From: an uncultured bacterium
GTDB lineage: Bacteria > Patescibacteriota > Minisyncoccia > Phycocordibacterales > UBA918
Direction of reading: 5' to 3'
Assembly: GCA_950073265.1 (NCBI GenBank)
Contig: CATMPJ010000003.1
Coordinates: forward strand, 1-63,057
DNA length: 63,057 nucleotides
Below, piece after piece: positions 16,896-25,699 of the stretch; within the stretch, counting starts at the first letter, position 1, and every line of letters begins with the position of its first letter. Under the pieces are notes generated by a model. It had not been told where the DNA came from and did not search any database. It saw nothing but the letters and a program-made list of their open reading frames with translations. The position numbers and the translations under genes are program-made.

Positions 16896-18842
16896 TTACT
16901 GTTTATTAAATAGCCGTAAGCTATTAAGAATAACAACAATTGCCATACCTGAATCTGCTGCAATAGCAAAGACAAGATTTGTTAAGCCAAACGGTACTAA
17001 AATCAAAAACAGAATCTTTACTCCTATAGCCAAGGCTAAATTAAAGCGAATCGTACTCATGGTGGCCTTGGCCAATCGAATCGAACGCGGGATAGCAGTT
17101 AGGTCACCTGACAAAAGAGTGATGTCTGAGGATTCAATCGCCGCATCGGTACCACCTGCTCCGATGGCAAAGCCAACATTTGAGGTCACTAGGGATGGTG
17201 CATCGTTGACTCCATCACCAACCATCGCTACTGAACCATACTTTACTTGCAAGTCTTTCACTGCTTTCACTTTATCTTCAGGGAGTAGTTCAGACCTAAT
17301 ATCATCTATGCCAACTAACTGTGCCACATACGTGGCATTGAGAGTATTGTCACCGGTAAGCATGGCACTCTCTACTCCAGCTTTCTTTAGTTCCATAACT
17401 ACAGACGAAGATTCTTCACGCACAGTATCAGCAATTGCGATGGCGCCGATAAGCTCTGATTCTTCAGCCACCATTACTACTGTTTGGCCTAACTTCTCCA
17501 ATCGTTCAATTTCTGCTAAAAATGATTTGTCTTCTATTGCGTGTTCTTTCATTAGCTTAGTGTTCCCGATATAACTTTTTGCGTTACAAACTAAACAGTG
17601 TGCCTTCCCACCCTTACCCGCAACGTTTTCAAAGGACTCCATATTGTGAGGGGTAATGTTTCGGTCTTTCGCATACTGAGTAATTACTTCCGCTAACGGA
17701 TGGGAGGAAAAAGCTTCCAAACCAGCCGCATCAGCAATTACTTCATCTTTGGTGTGTGAACCAAACGCTAAGACTTCTGTTACTGTGTGTCTTCCGTACG
17801 TCAATGTACGCGTTTTATCAAAAGCGACTGCTTTCACTTTGGCTAATTTTTCAAGATACACTCCACCTTTGATTAAAATACCGTGACGAGATGCCCCACC
17901 AATAGCTGACGCGATGGCCACAGGTGTTGCAATTACCAGTGCACACGGACAAGCAATCACCAAGAGGGTAATGGCTCGATACAACCACTCATCAAATGGT
18001 TGTCCGAGTAGTACGACAGGAATGACGACCGTTAGCAGCGACACTACAACAACGAGCGGTGTGTAGTAGCGAGCAAAATTATCAATAAATGTTTGCGTTG
18101 GGGCACGTGAGGTTTGGGCTTCTTCTATAAGCGTGATTATCCGAGCAAACGTAGAATCACTACTCTTTTTTTCTACCTGTATTTCGAGGTAGCCTTGTAT
18201 ATTGAGAGTACCTGCAAACACGTTACTTCTGATAACTTTATCGGCTGGTGTTGACTCGCCAGTAATTGCTGCCTCATCCACAGAAGAACCGCCCGCTACA
18301 ACCACACCGTCCATTGGTATCAACTCACCAGGCTTTGCTACTACAACCATGCCAATCTCTACTTCTTCAACAGGCACAGTCTTACCAGTTTTTAACTGAG
18401 CAACCTTCGGAGATTTTTTAATGAGAGCTGCTACTGCCTTACGTGAACGCTCAACCCCAAAACTCTCAAACCATTCAGCCAAAGAAAACAAGAACACTAC
18501 CGCTGCAGCTTCACCATATTCGCCAATGTAAATTGCGCCAAGAGAAGCAATTACTACTAAGAAGCTAATATTGAGAAAACGTTGTCGGATAAGACCTTTT
18601 ACCGCACTCCGTAGGACAAAGACTGATCCTGCCACGATAGATAGTAGATAAAAAAGCGTACTCCATCCTTCAGGCAGTGAGAACGAACCGATAAAACCCA
18701 CCGCCAAGAGCATACCTGAAACAGGTGTAAGTGATTTTAGTGCACCTCCTGCACTCAGGATTGCTAGAACTCCAGTCTCAGGATTTGCGTCGCTGTGGCA
18801 ATGGTCACAAGCACTTTTTGACTCTTGTTTTCTCTCTGTCAT
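16896..18842 (-). CDS. Heavy-metal P1B-type ATPase (CPC-type, ZntA/CadA-like) with an atypical DKTRT phosphorylation motif
   Basis: N-terminal CDHCH, plus the ITGES, ACPCALVIATP, MLTGDN and GDGVNDAP motifs. The phosphorylation site reads AFDKTRTLT, and the Arg codon CGT is at 17808-17810. Confidence 0.9.
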   Translation of the reverse strand: MTERKQESKSACDHCHSDANPETGVLAILSAGGALKSLTPVSGMLLAVGFIGSFSLPEGWSTLFYLLSIVAGSVFVLRSAVKGLIRQRFLNISFLVVIASLGAIYIGEYGEAAAVVFLFSLAEWFESFGVERSRKAVAALIKKSPKVAQLKTGKTVPVEEVEIGMVVVAKPGELIPMDGVVVAGGSSVDEAAITGESTPADKVIRSNVFAGTLNIQGYLEIQVEKKSSDSTFARIITLIEEAQTSRAPTQTFIDNFARYYTPLVVVVSLLTVVIPVVLLGQPFDEWLYRAITLLVIACPCALVIATPVAIASAIGGASRHGILIKGGVYLEKLAKVKAVAFDKTRTLTYGRHTVTEVLAFGSHTKDEVIADAAGLEAFSSHPLAEVITQYAKDRNITPHNMESFENVAGKGGKAHCLVCNAKSYIGNTKLMKEHAIEDKSFLAEIERLEKLGQTVVMVAEESELIGAIAIADTVREESSSVVMELKKAGVESAMLTGDNTLNATYVAQLVGIDDIRSELLPEDKVKAVKDLQVKYGSVAMVGDGVNDAPSLVTSNVGFAIGAGGTDAAIESSDITLLSGDLTAIPRSIRLAKATMSTIRFNLALAIGVKILFLILVPFGLTNLVFAIAADSGMAIVVILNSLRLFNKQ

Positions 18843-18849
18843 AGTAATG

Positions 18850-20100
18850 TTAATTAAGGGGTTCTAGTTGTTCGATAAGGCGGTCGCGAACTGCAAAAAA
18901 GTCATTCATGACTGATTCATCGAGCGCTTCACCAACAGGCAATTCAGCGGTTAATGGATTAATCGGTGTACCATCTTTAAAGAAAGCGTACTGTAAGTGC
19001 GGGCCAGTTGAAATACCAGTTGAACCAACATAGCCAATAATGTCACCTTGAGATACTGTGGCTCCTCGTTTTACGCCTGTTGCTATCTTTGAAAGGTGAG
19101 CATACTGACTGAGATACTGACCATGTTCAATCTCAACAGTGATACCAAGCCCACCTTTACTTCCGGCAACCGAGACTGTTCCGTCAGCAATGGCGACGAT
19201 TGGTGTGCCCTGCGGAGCGGCATAATCAAGCGCTCGATGTGGGGTCACTTGTTTTGTAACCGGATTCACACGGCTATAGCTGAAACCAGAGCTGATGTAC
19301 CCGACACTAATTGGTGAACTTAAGAATTGACGCTCAACACTTTCGCCGCTGGCCGAATAATAGCCAGACGTTTCATCTGAGGTCTCATAGTAATAAGCAT
19401 CATAGGACGTACCTTGATTTATGAATTGAGCAGCGAGTATTTTCCCCGGACTAGCTTCTTCTCCATCCTTAGATTTCCGCTCTTCATACAAGACGTTAAA
19501 TGAATCGCCGACCTGAATGTCAGTGGTAAAGTCGATATCCCACTGAAATATCTCAGCCAGTTCAATGAGTGTTTTGTCAGACAAGCCAACGTCTGCACCA
19601 TCAACAAACAGCGACGATTCGATAGTAGCACTACGCGCTGTATCGGTGATGTCATATTCAATAGCCGTTTCTTTTGCGATAAAGTCGCCATTCACGTTCT
19701 CTACCACTATTTTCTTATCATCAGACAAATCATAATCAATCGAGGCAAGAGCGTCTTGCGCAAACACCACATGCAACAATTTACCAGCTTGGAGTTTGGT
19801 GAAATCGTACACGTCTTGTACAGCGGTCAGGATTAGAGTTTGGTCTGAGGATGGTACATCAATTTCTTCCATAATAGTCGAAAATGTATCACCGGGCTGA
19901 ATTTCAATTTCTCTCACTTCCATAGTAGACGGCTCAGCAATCGAGGTTGCTTCAGGAACACTATTTGTAACTACAGTGCTTGAATCACTGGCTGTTGTTT
20001 CTCGTTCGTATGCCACAGTCGATGTTTCCGTGTTGTGCCAAGCCACAAAGCCTCCTCCAACAAGGGCTAAAGCAATAAAACTAAATAAAATATATCTCAT
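18850..20100 (-). CDS. M23 (LytM) family peptidase, membrane-anchored
   Basis: HRALDYAAPQGTP...GSTGISTGPHLQYAF motifs and an N-terminal TM helix. Confidence 0.85.
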   Translation of the reverse strand: MRYILFSFIALALVGGGFVAWHNTETSTVAYERETTASDSSTVVTNSVPEATSIAEPSTMEVREIEIQPGDTFSTIMEEIDVPSSDQTLILTAVQDVYDFTKLQAGKLLHVVFAQDALASIDYDLSDDKKIVVENVNGDFIAKETAIEYDITDTARSATIESSLFVDGADVGLSDKTLIELAEIFQWDIDFTTDIQVGDSFNVLYEERKSKDGEEASPGKILAAQFINQGTSYDAYYYETSDETSGYYSASGESVERQFLSSPISVGYISSGFSYSRVNPVTKQVTPHRALDYAAPQGTPIVAIADGTVSVAGSKGGLGITVEIEHGQYLSQYAHLSKIATGVKRGATVSQGDIIGYVGSTGISTGPHLQYAFFKDGTPINPLTAELPVGEALDESVMNDFFAVRDRLIEQLEPLN

Positions 20101-20104
20101 ACGA

Positions 20105-20764
20105 TTATTTGTAGTTCACTAAGTACTGAATGTTTGCTTGGGTACGTAAACCAGTTACGTAGCTTTGCGCAGCAGTGCTAAACTTTTGACTTCTAAGCTG
20201 TTCGGCTACTTGTGCCCGAGCGGCTTCTTCCTGACCTTCAGGAACTGGGCCATTCTCTGCTAGAAAAGCATCAATTTCTTCACCAGTTACCACAATGTCC
20301 GATGATAAAAGAGCTTCCAGTAGTTTTTGCATCCGAATTTGTTTTGTAAGACTTTCCCGGTCTAATCCTTGCTGTACTAAGATCTCTTCCAGAGTTCCTC
20401 CTTGAGCAGTAACCTGTGACTCAATAGCTGCAATCTCTGTTGCGACCTCATCGCCAGTCACCGTCACACCTGCCTCAGTTGCAGCTTGTTCAATCAGAAT
20501 ATCTGAAATCATCGAATCGAGCACTGCTGCACCAGCTTGTTCCTCCAGCTCACCAACGACACTTAATCGACTGATTGATTCACCGTTTACTTTAGCGGCA
20601 GTTACAAAACCTTGTGTGTATAAAATTGCTCCTACTACCAAAACTATAACTACGGCAACTGCGCCATAGATCAGGAGTGGTTTTTGCTGGACTTTTGTTG
20701 CGGTTACACGAAATTCCTCCTCGTTACGTTTAATAGGTTCTTCATTTCTTTGTGTCTCTTCCAT
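20105..20764 (-). CDS. SurA N-terminal-domain-like chaperone, membrane-anchored, with no PPIase domain
   Basis: TM helix followed by AAKVNGESISRLSV...LDSMISDILIEQAA, a SurA_N-like pattern. Confidence 0.5.
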   Translation of the reverse strand: MEETQRNEEPIKRNEEEFRVTATKVQQKPLLIYGAVAVVIVLVVGAILYTQGFVTAAKVNGESISRLSVVGELEEQAGAAVLDSMISDILIEQAATEAGVTVTGDEVATEIAAIESQVTAQGGTLEEILVQQGLDRESLTKQIRMQKLLEALLSSDIVVTGEEIDAFLAENGPVPEGQEEAARAQVAEQLRSQKFSTAAQSYVTGLRTQANIQYLVNYK

Positions 20765-20773
20765 ATTATTTAT

Positions 20774-21397
20774 TTAGTAGTTTGTTAACAATTCGTTCAT
20801 ATAATCAATTTCGGCTTGTTGGCCATTGACCATCGTTTCCGCCAATCGTGTGACTACTTCATTATCACTACGGTCAATCACACCCTCTGCCATCATAACT
20901 CCGCCTTGATGATGTCGAATCATAAGTTCGAGAAATAATTTTTCTGCTTCAAGGGCGTCTACGTTTACAAGCCTGTCCATTTCAGCTTTAGTGGCCATAC
21001 CTGTCATATAAGCTCCAGGAGTAAATGACTCACTCATCTGACTATGTTCCATAGTATCCATTGCAACTTGCATCCACATCATTGGTCTTCCCGTGGTGGT
21101 CATAGGCTGTTGCCACAAATCAAGCCAGCCCAGCATCATCCCTCGCTGATTAGCTTGTGTGTTGATGATGTCAAAAGCAAAACTTCGAATCTCTTGATTG
21201 TCAGTTTTTTCTCGAACTAAGAATGACATCTCTATTGCCTGTTGATGGTGAACACTCATATCTTGAGCAAAGCCAATTTCAGCAGCGTTTGGTGTATCTC
21301 CAGACTGGTTATTTTGTCCCCAGAGAAAAATAACCATTCCAACTACTACTCCAAGAAGTACGACGAGCCAATTTTGTTTTAGAATCTGGTATTTCAT
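20774..21397 (-). CDS. DUF305 domain protein
   Basis: Duplicated HH motifs (DMSVHHQQAIEMS and MIRHHQGGVMMA). Confidence 0.8.
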   Translation of the reverse strand: MKYQILKQNWLVVLLGVVVGMVIFLWGQNNQSGDTPNAAEIGFAQDMSVHHQQAIEMSFLVREKTDNQEIRSFAFDIINTQANQRGMMLGWLDLWQQPMTTTGRPMMWMQVAMDTMEHSQMSESFTPGAYMTGMATKAEMDRLVNVDALEAEKLFLELMIRHHQGGVMMAEGVIDRSDNEVVTRLAETMVNGQQAEIDYMNELLTNY

Positions 21398-21405
21398 ATA
21401 CAGGC

Positions 21406-21939
21406 TTATTGCATTCCACCCGGAATAGCATTACAGGTAGCTCCTGGTTCAGGTGTTTGTGGACCTTGTCGGAACTTGGTCAGGAACTGATCTACCCGTT
21501 CATCATCAGCTGCATCAAGTGGGAGCTGTACACCCCATGCAGTAAGCATGATTGGTGATTCTTGCTCTGGGTATGGACTCATAAATGAGTATCCCTTCAC
21601 TTTACCTTTAAGAGTTTCAATTTGTTCAGCGGCAAGTTCTGGCTGATATGTAATCCAAACTGCACCATGTTCAAGCGAGTGAACGGCATTTTCTTCCACC
21701 ACTGGCTCATCGTAGATATCGCCATTACAGCTCAGCCACACGGGATGATGGTTTCCGCCAACTGGGGGCGTGTCTTTGTACTCCACTTCTGTCTGTACAT
21801 GACTGCGGTCGGTAACAATAGTCGAAGTGATGCCAACGATTTCTTGCTCGAAATCTTTCTGCTTAGAAGTATTAGACCACCACGATCCACCGACTATTAA
21901 GACAATCGCAAGACCTGCAAAAATTACTATTGGTTTCAT
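21406..21939 (-). CDS. DUF3105 domain protein
   Basis: PPVGGNHHPVW...VHSLEHGAVWITY pattern and an N-terminal TM helix. Confidence 0.75.
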   Translation of the reverse strand: MKPIVIFAGLAIVLIVGGSWWSNTSKQKDFEQEIVGITSTIVTDRSHVQTEVEYKDTPPVGGNHHPVWLSCNGDIYDEPVVEENAVHSLEHGAVWITYQPELAAEQIETLKGKVKGYSFMSPYPEQESPIMLTAWGVQLPLDAADDERVDQFLTKFRQGPQTPEPGATCNAIPGGMQ

Positions 21940-21967
21940 ATTTTAATTAATTAAGGATAAGTAATAA

Positions 21968-22516
21968 CTACGATACGCACACTAATGGTGCATTTATTTT
22001 CTTTATAATTAGGTAATTGGCATACACCAATAAACCTACTCCGATCAAACCAAATTCTTCTCCACCAAACGGTAGCCACGCAAGCAATCCGCCAGCTCCG
22101 AACAACACTAGGATTGAAGACAGTAAAAATGTCCCACAAGCGGCACACCCGATACCGAAAAAACCACTAATGAGTCCACCAACTCCACTCGCCCCTACAC
22201 TGGTCAGATTGGTAGCTTTGTTTCGTATGCTTTTAAGATAGTACGCAAGAAGCGTCACCTGTATGCCAAACAGTAAAGCAATGACCACAGTGTAAGAAGC
22301 TGACAGAATAGTGAAGTTTGTTCCTAATGACCCGTAGAGATTTGCTGTCAGTAGCAAAATTTCAACAACAGACACCGATTCGTACTGCCATAAAGTTCTT
22401 ATTAGCCCTACGTGAGGCAACATAATAGCTACCGATAGCACGAAGAAACTAATTACTAAAAACAGTGTGGTGTACAGTGGTTTTGCAAAAACTACTCTAA
22501 GGGTCTTAACGTACAT
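21968..22516 (-). CDS. Polytopic membrane protein with an intramembrane CAAC motif
   Basis: About 5 TM helices and GFFGIGCAACGTF. Immediately downstream of the DsbA-like gene. Confidence 0.55.
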   Translation of the reverse strand: MYVKTLRVVFAKPLYTTLFLVISFFVLSVAIMLPHVGLIRTLWQYESVSVVEILLLTANLYGSLGTNFTILSASYTVVIALLFGIQVTLLAYYLKSIRNKATNLTSVGASGVGGLISGFFGIGCAACGTFLLSSILVLFGAGGLLAWLPFGGEEFGLIGVGLLVYANYLIIKKINAPLVCVS

Positions 22517-22521
22517 AAGTT

Positions 22522-23277
22522 TTATTGCTCGTTTTTAGCAATTGATATGAGTTGTTCAATTGCAGCTAGTGGCTGAGCGCCATTAACCGGATAGGTTTTA
22601 CCATCAGGACCAATCATCACACTCCACGGAGTACCACGACCTCCTGTCTCGACTGCATTAGCAATGTCGGCTTCGATATGGTCATCGTATTTTCCACTTT
22701 CAAAACAAGTTTGAAACGTTACTTGGTCTAACCCAGCTTCTTTCACTAGTTGAGGAATGACTGTTTCGATATCAGTTCGGTTGTTTGTTAGAGTGACGTC
22801 GAAGTATCCATCCGTGAACTTCCAAAAAGCATCGTTGCCTCCTTGTTCAGCTGCACACTCAGAAGCTACAGCAACCGCTTGCGCTTTCACTGGATGTAAT
22901 TGCTCTAAAGGAAATTGTCTAAATACCCAAGCGACTTCGCCTGAATCTCCGTACTTATCCATCACTTCGTTCATAGTGTCGTGAAATCGTTTACAGAACG
23001 GACACTCAAAATCTGAGTATTCAACAATTTTAATTGGTGCATTGGGATTTCCTTTAATGTGATCTTCGCTGGTCACTGGCCGAACAGCGTCGGTTGAACC
23101 AGTTGGTTCGGGAGCAGCTGCAACTGGCTGATTAGTATCCGTAATTGCCACTGGAGCATTAGCGGTAGCTCCACTATTACTAAAGTAGAGTGCCCCTGCT
23201 ACAAAGGCCCCAGCAATTACAATTGCCAAAGGGATTAGGTATTGATTAGGTTGGTTTTTGTTATGATTTTCTTCCAT
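22522..23277 (-). CDS. DsbA-family thiol:disulfide oxidoreductase, membrane-anchored
   Basis: Thioredoxin-fold CPFC active site (YSDFECPFCKRFH) and an N-terminal TM helix. Confidence 0.85.
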   Translation of the reverse strand: MEENHNKNQPNQYLIPLAIVIAGAFVAGALYFSNSGATANAPVAITDTNQPVAAAPEPTGSTDAVRPVTSEDHIKGNPNAPIKIVEYSDFECPFCKRFHDTMNEVMDKYGDSGEVAWVFRQFPLEQLHPVKAQAVAVASECAAEQGGNDAFWKFTDGYFDVTLTNNRTDIETVIPQLVKEAGLDQVTFQTCFESGKYDDHIEADIANAVETGGRGTPWSVMIGPDGKTYPVNGAQPLAAIEQLISIAKNEQ

Positions 23278-23355
23278 ATACGTTAACTAAGTGATTAAAT
23301 ACAAAAAAGCTAACGTGTATCACGAATAGCAGCCTAGACAGCAATCGTGACTTAG

Positions 23356-23808
23356 TTAGCTTAGAACAGGGTGGTAAATTTTAGGATGTAAAATTCCGCT
23401 AGAAAATAATTCTTGCAGTGGCCTAACAATGTATGTTGGAGACTTTTTTTGATAGAAACTTGCTGTAGATAATTTCCATACTGAGATTGATTGCCCAAAT
23501 AAAACGGAACAAGCCATTGAAAAGGCTTTTGCATATGGTAGCAATAACAGTAGAGTGAGCAGGAGAACAGGTATAGCTAAGGATAATGCTGACCAAACTG
23601 TAAGGTGTTCATTAAAATCCATCTGGCAGACAACGCCCCCTTCCATCAACATCGGACAACCGGACATATGAGTCGTAGTGTTTATGTCTGCAGACATGTG
23701 AAATAGACTCAGAAAAAGCGTGCCTAAAAATACCGTCATAAGAAGAGACAGTAGAATATTTTTTTTCAGGCTGTTTAACAAAAACATAGTATCTGTATAT
23801 TGTATCAA
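23356..23808 (-). CDS. Small membrane protein; paralog of 11426..11842
   Basis: SLFHMS...C.MLMEGGVVCQMDFNEHLTVW...RPLQELFSSGILHPK. First gene of the long leftward operon. Confidence 0.6.
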   Translation of the reverse strand: MIQYTDTMFLLNSLKKNILLSLLMTVFLGTLFLSLFHMSADINTTTHMSGCPMLMEGGVVCQMDFNEHLTVWSALSLAIPVLLLTLLLLLPYAKAFSMACSVLFGQSISVWKLSTASFYQKKSPTYIVRPLQELFSSGILHPKIYHPVLS

Positions 23809-23920
23809 AATGCTTGTAATAAAACATCTCTAAAATAGATTAATTTGCACAAGGCACAAAAACACCCATTCAGGTGCTTTTGTTAAGCTAGAACGATAGT
23901 GTCTCGTGCTAGCTCTAGAC

Positions 23921-24009
23921 GGCGGAGAGTAAGGGATTCGAACCCTTGAAGGTTTTTACACCTTACTTCGTTAGCAGTGAAGCGCTTTCGACCACTCAGC
24001 CAACTCTCC
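23921..24009 (-). tRNA. tRNA-Ser (anticodon GCU)
   Basis: Hand-folded cloverleaf: acceptor GGAGAGT/ACTCTCC, D arm, anticodon loop CUGCUAA, long variable arm AAGGT/ACCTT, T arm AAGGG-TTCGAAT-CCCTT, discriminator G. Only CC of the CCA end is encoded. Confidence 0.9.
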
Positions 24010-24034
24010 ATTTCCAAATTGGAGAGTTGGCTGA
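23996..24034. repeat. Perfect 15-bp inverted repeat that includes the first 14 nt of tRNA-Ser
   Basis: tcagccaactctcca (23996-24010), loop tttccaaat, then tggagagttggctga (24020-34). The upstream leader is exactly complementary to the mature 5' end. Confidence 0.85.
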
Positions 24035-24170
24035 ATAAAGTCAGGTTGGTCTCCAAAATGTTTGTGCCAGCTAGAATAGCATATTTAAAATGAATCTAAA
24101 ACATTGCATTCTGTGCGAATAATAAGTAGTGTGTATTAAGAAAAATTGCTCGCAACGGAGAGGAAATAAA

Positions 24171-24683
24171 ATGCATCCCACTACCAACCTATTAATGGGC
24201 GCCCTCGGTCGTGCCAGTGTGCGCCAAGGTGACAACCTCGAAACGATCGCTGAAAAGCTTCGGGTTCATCTAAGCCCTGCGGTGGAAGTTGTCGAAGAGA
24301 GCGAGACCAAACTGGTTCTCGAGATAACTTCTAGCCTCGACGCAAGCCTGTTCGACGGCGTAACGTGCGGGAATCAGCATCTGCACATGTACACCTTTAA
24401 TGGAAAGATGAGCGGCCTTACACGAATCGGCCACTGCGACCACACAGTCAGCAGGCTCTGCCCAAACGCTATCCTTACCGAAATCAGCAAGGTGAAGTTG
24501 ACCAGGGTAGTCAAGGCCGGCCAAGCGGTGCGTATCAGCATCGAAAAGATCTCGGGCACTGAACAAACGAATCGTATCGGTACAGAGATACGATGTTCGC
24601 TTTCGGGCTGCATCGCAGAAACTGGTAAAGAGATTTTTGAACCATGCGAAGTCTCTGCGACCATCCCACACTCAGTTGGATGA
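24171..24683 (+). CDS. Hypothetical Cys-rich protein (170 aa), GC-rich
   Basis: RBS GGAGAGGAAA precedes the ATG at 24171; the GTG at 24129 in the track is unlikely to be the start. A plus-strand hairpin plus T-tract terminator follows at about 24709-24745. The antisense ORFs here are GC artefacts. Confidence 0.5.
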   Translation: MHPTTNLLMGALGRASVRQGDNLETIAEKLRVHLSPAVEVVEESETKLVLEITSSLDASLFDGVTCGNQHLHMYTFNGKMSGLTRIGHCDHTVSRLCPNAILTEISKVKLTRVVKAGQAVRISIEKISGTEQTNRIGTEIRCSLSGCIAETGKEIFEPCEVSATIPHSVG

Positions 24684-24832
24684 AGCATATCGATCCTTTA
24701 CCATGTCACCCAACGTTGGCTACGCCGCTCACGTTGGGTGATTTTGTTTACACCAGGTTTGCACAGTGAAACTGTCAGTGCTATAACTGAGATATAGCAA
24801 AACGCTACATAATAAGAATATAATTTTAATCT

Positions 24833-25651
24833 ATGGAACCATTAACACTCGCGTTCCTGGTAACCCTAGGGGCTGGTCTTGCGACTGGTATTGGAAGCCT
24901 CTTGGCGTTTCTGCAACGCGAACCAAGTAAAAAATTCTTAGCCTTCATGCTCGGCCTTTCAGCCGGAGTTATGTTGTACGTCTCAATGATTGAGATATTT
25001 CAGAAAGCTGTAAAAAGCCTCATGGAAGCAACCGGTTCGTACGAAACAGGCTACATCTGGGCAACGGTTGGTTTTTTTGGCGGGTTCATCGTCATTTCGA
25101 TTATCGATTATTTTATCGACCACTTTTATCATCCAGGTCACAACCATCTGGAGACTGATTCAACCCTTCACGAAAAAGACGACATCGACATTGATGATAA
25201 GACCATGATGCGTACCGGACTCTTTATGGCATTAGCTATCGGTATACATAACTTTCCTGAAGGCTTAGCAACCTTCATGGCAACCCTACAGGAACCCGGA
25301 CTTGGTCTCGCTTTTGCGTTTGCGATTGCGATCCACAATATTCCTGAAGGGATTGCCGTCTCGATTCCAATTTACCAAGCCACAAAAAGTAAAGCGAAAG
25401 CTTTCTGGTACTCGCTTGTTTCAGGCTTTGCCGAACCAGTTGGGGCACTAGTTGGATTCTTCTTACTCAGTCAGTTTATTGATGACTACTTTTTTGGTGT
25501 CGTGTTTGCCGGAGTAGCAGGTATTATGGTGTACATCTCACTTGATGAGTTATTACCATCAGCCCGCCGGATTGATCACCACTTGCCAATCGTAGGTGTG
25601 TTCTGCGGCATGGTCATCATGGCTCTCAGTCTTATTCTGTTTATGGTGTAG
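24833..25651 (+). CDS. zupT: ZIP-family zinc transporter
   Basis: HNFPEGLA and HNIPEGIAV motifs, 8 TM helices. Confidence 0.9.
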   Translation: MEPLTLAFLVTLGAGLATGIGSLLAFLQREPSKKFLAFMLGLSAGVMLYVSMIEIFQKAVKSLMEATGSYETGYIWATVGFFGGFIVISIIDYFIDHFYHPGHNHLETDSTLHEKDDIDIDDKTMMRTGLFMALAIGIHNFPEGLATFMATLQEPGLGLAFAFAIAIHNIPEGIAVSIPIYQATKSKAKAFWYSLVSGFAEPVGALVGFFLLSQFIDDYFFGVVFAGVAGIMVYISLDELLPSARRIDHHLPIVGVFCGMVIMALSLILFMV

Positions 25652-25656
25652 CAAAT

Positions 25657-25697
25657 AAAAAAGCCGGTGTGACCAAATAGGTCACACCGGCTTTTTT
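25657..25697. terminator. Bidirectional terminator between zupT and the malic enzyme gene
   Basis: aaaaaagccggtgtgac...gtcacaccggctttttt: a perfect 17-bp stem whose outer base pairs are A-T, so the A and T runs lie within the stem. Confidence 0.85.
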
Positions 25698-25699
25698 AG

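Noticed and set aside
11879-18399. Many antisense or off-frame ORFs inside the two P-type ATPase genes (e.g. 12332-12772, 13127-13462, 16852-17574), and similar ones in ftsH, the DUF5667 gene (41090-41941) and the HK gene
   Set aside because: They are shadow frames of long, well-supported genes. Their products are Ser/Pro/Ala-rich low-complexity sequences with no motifs.
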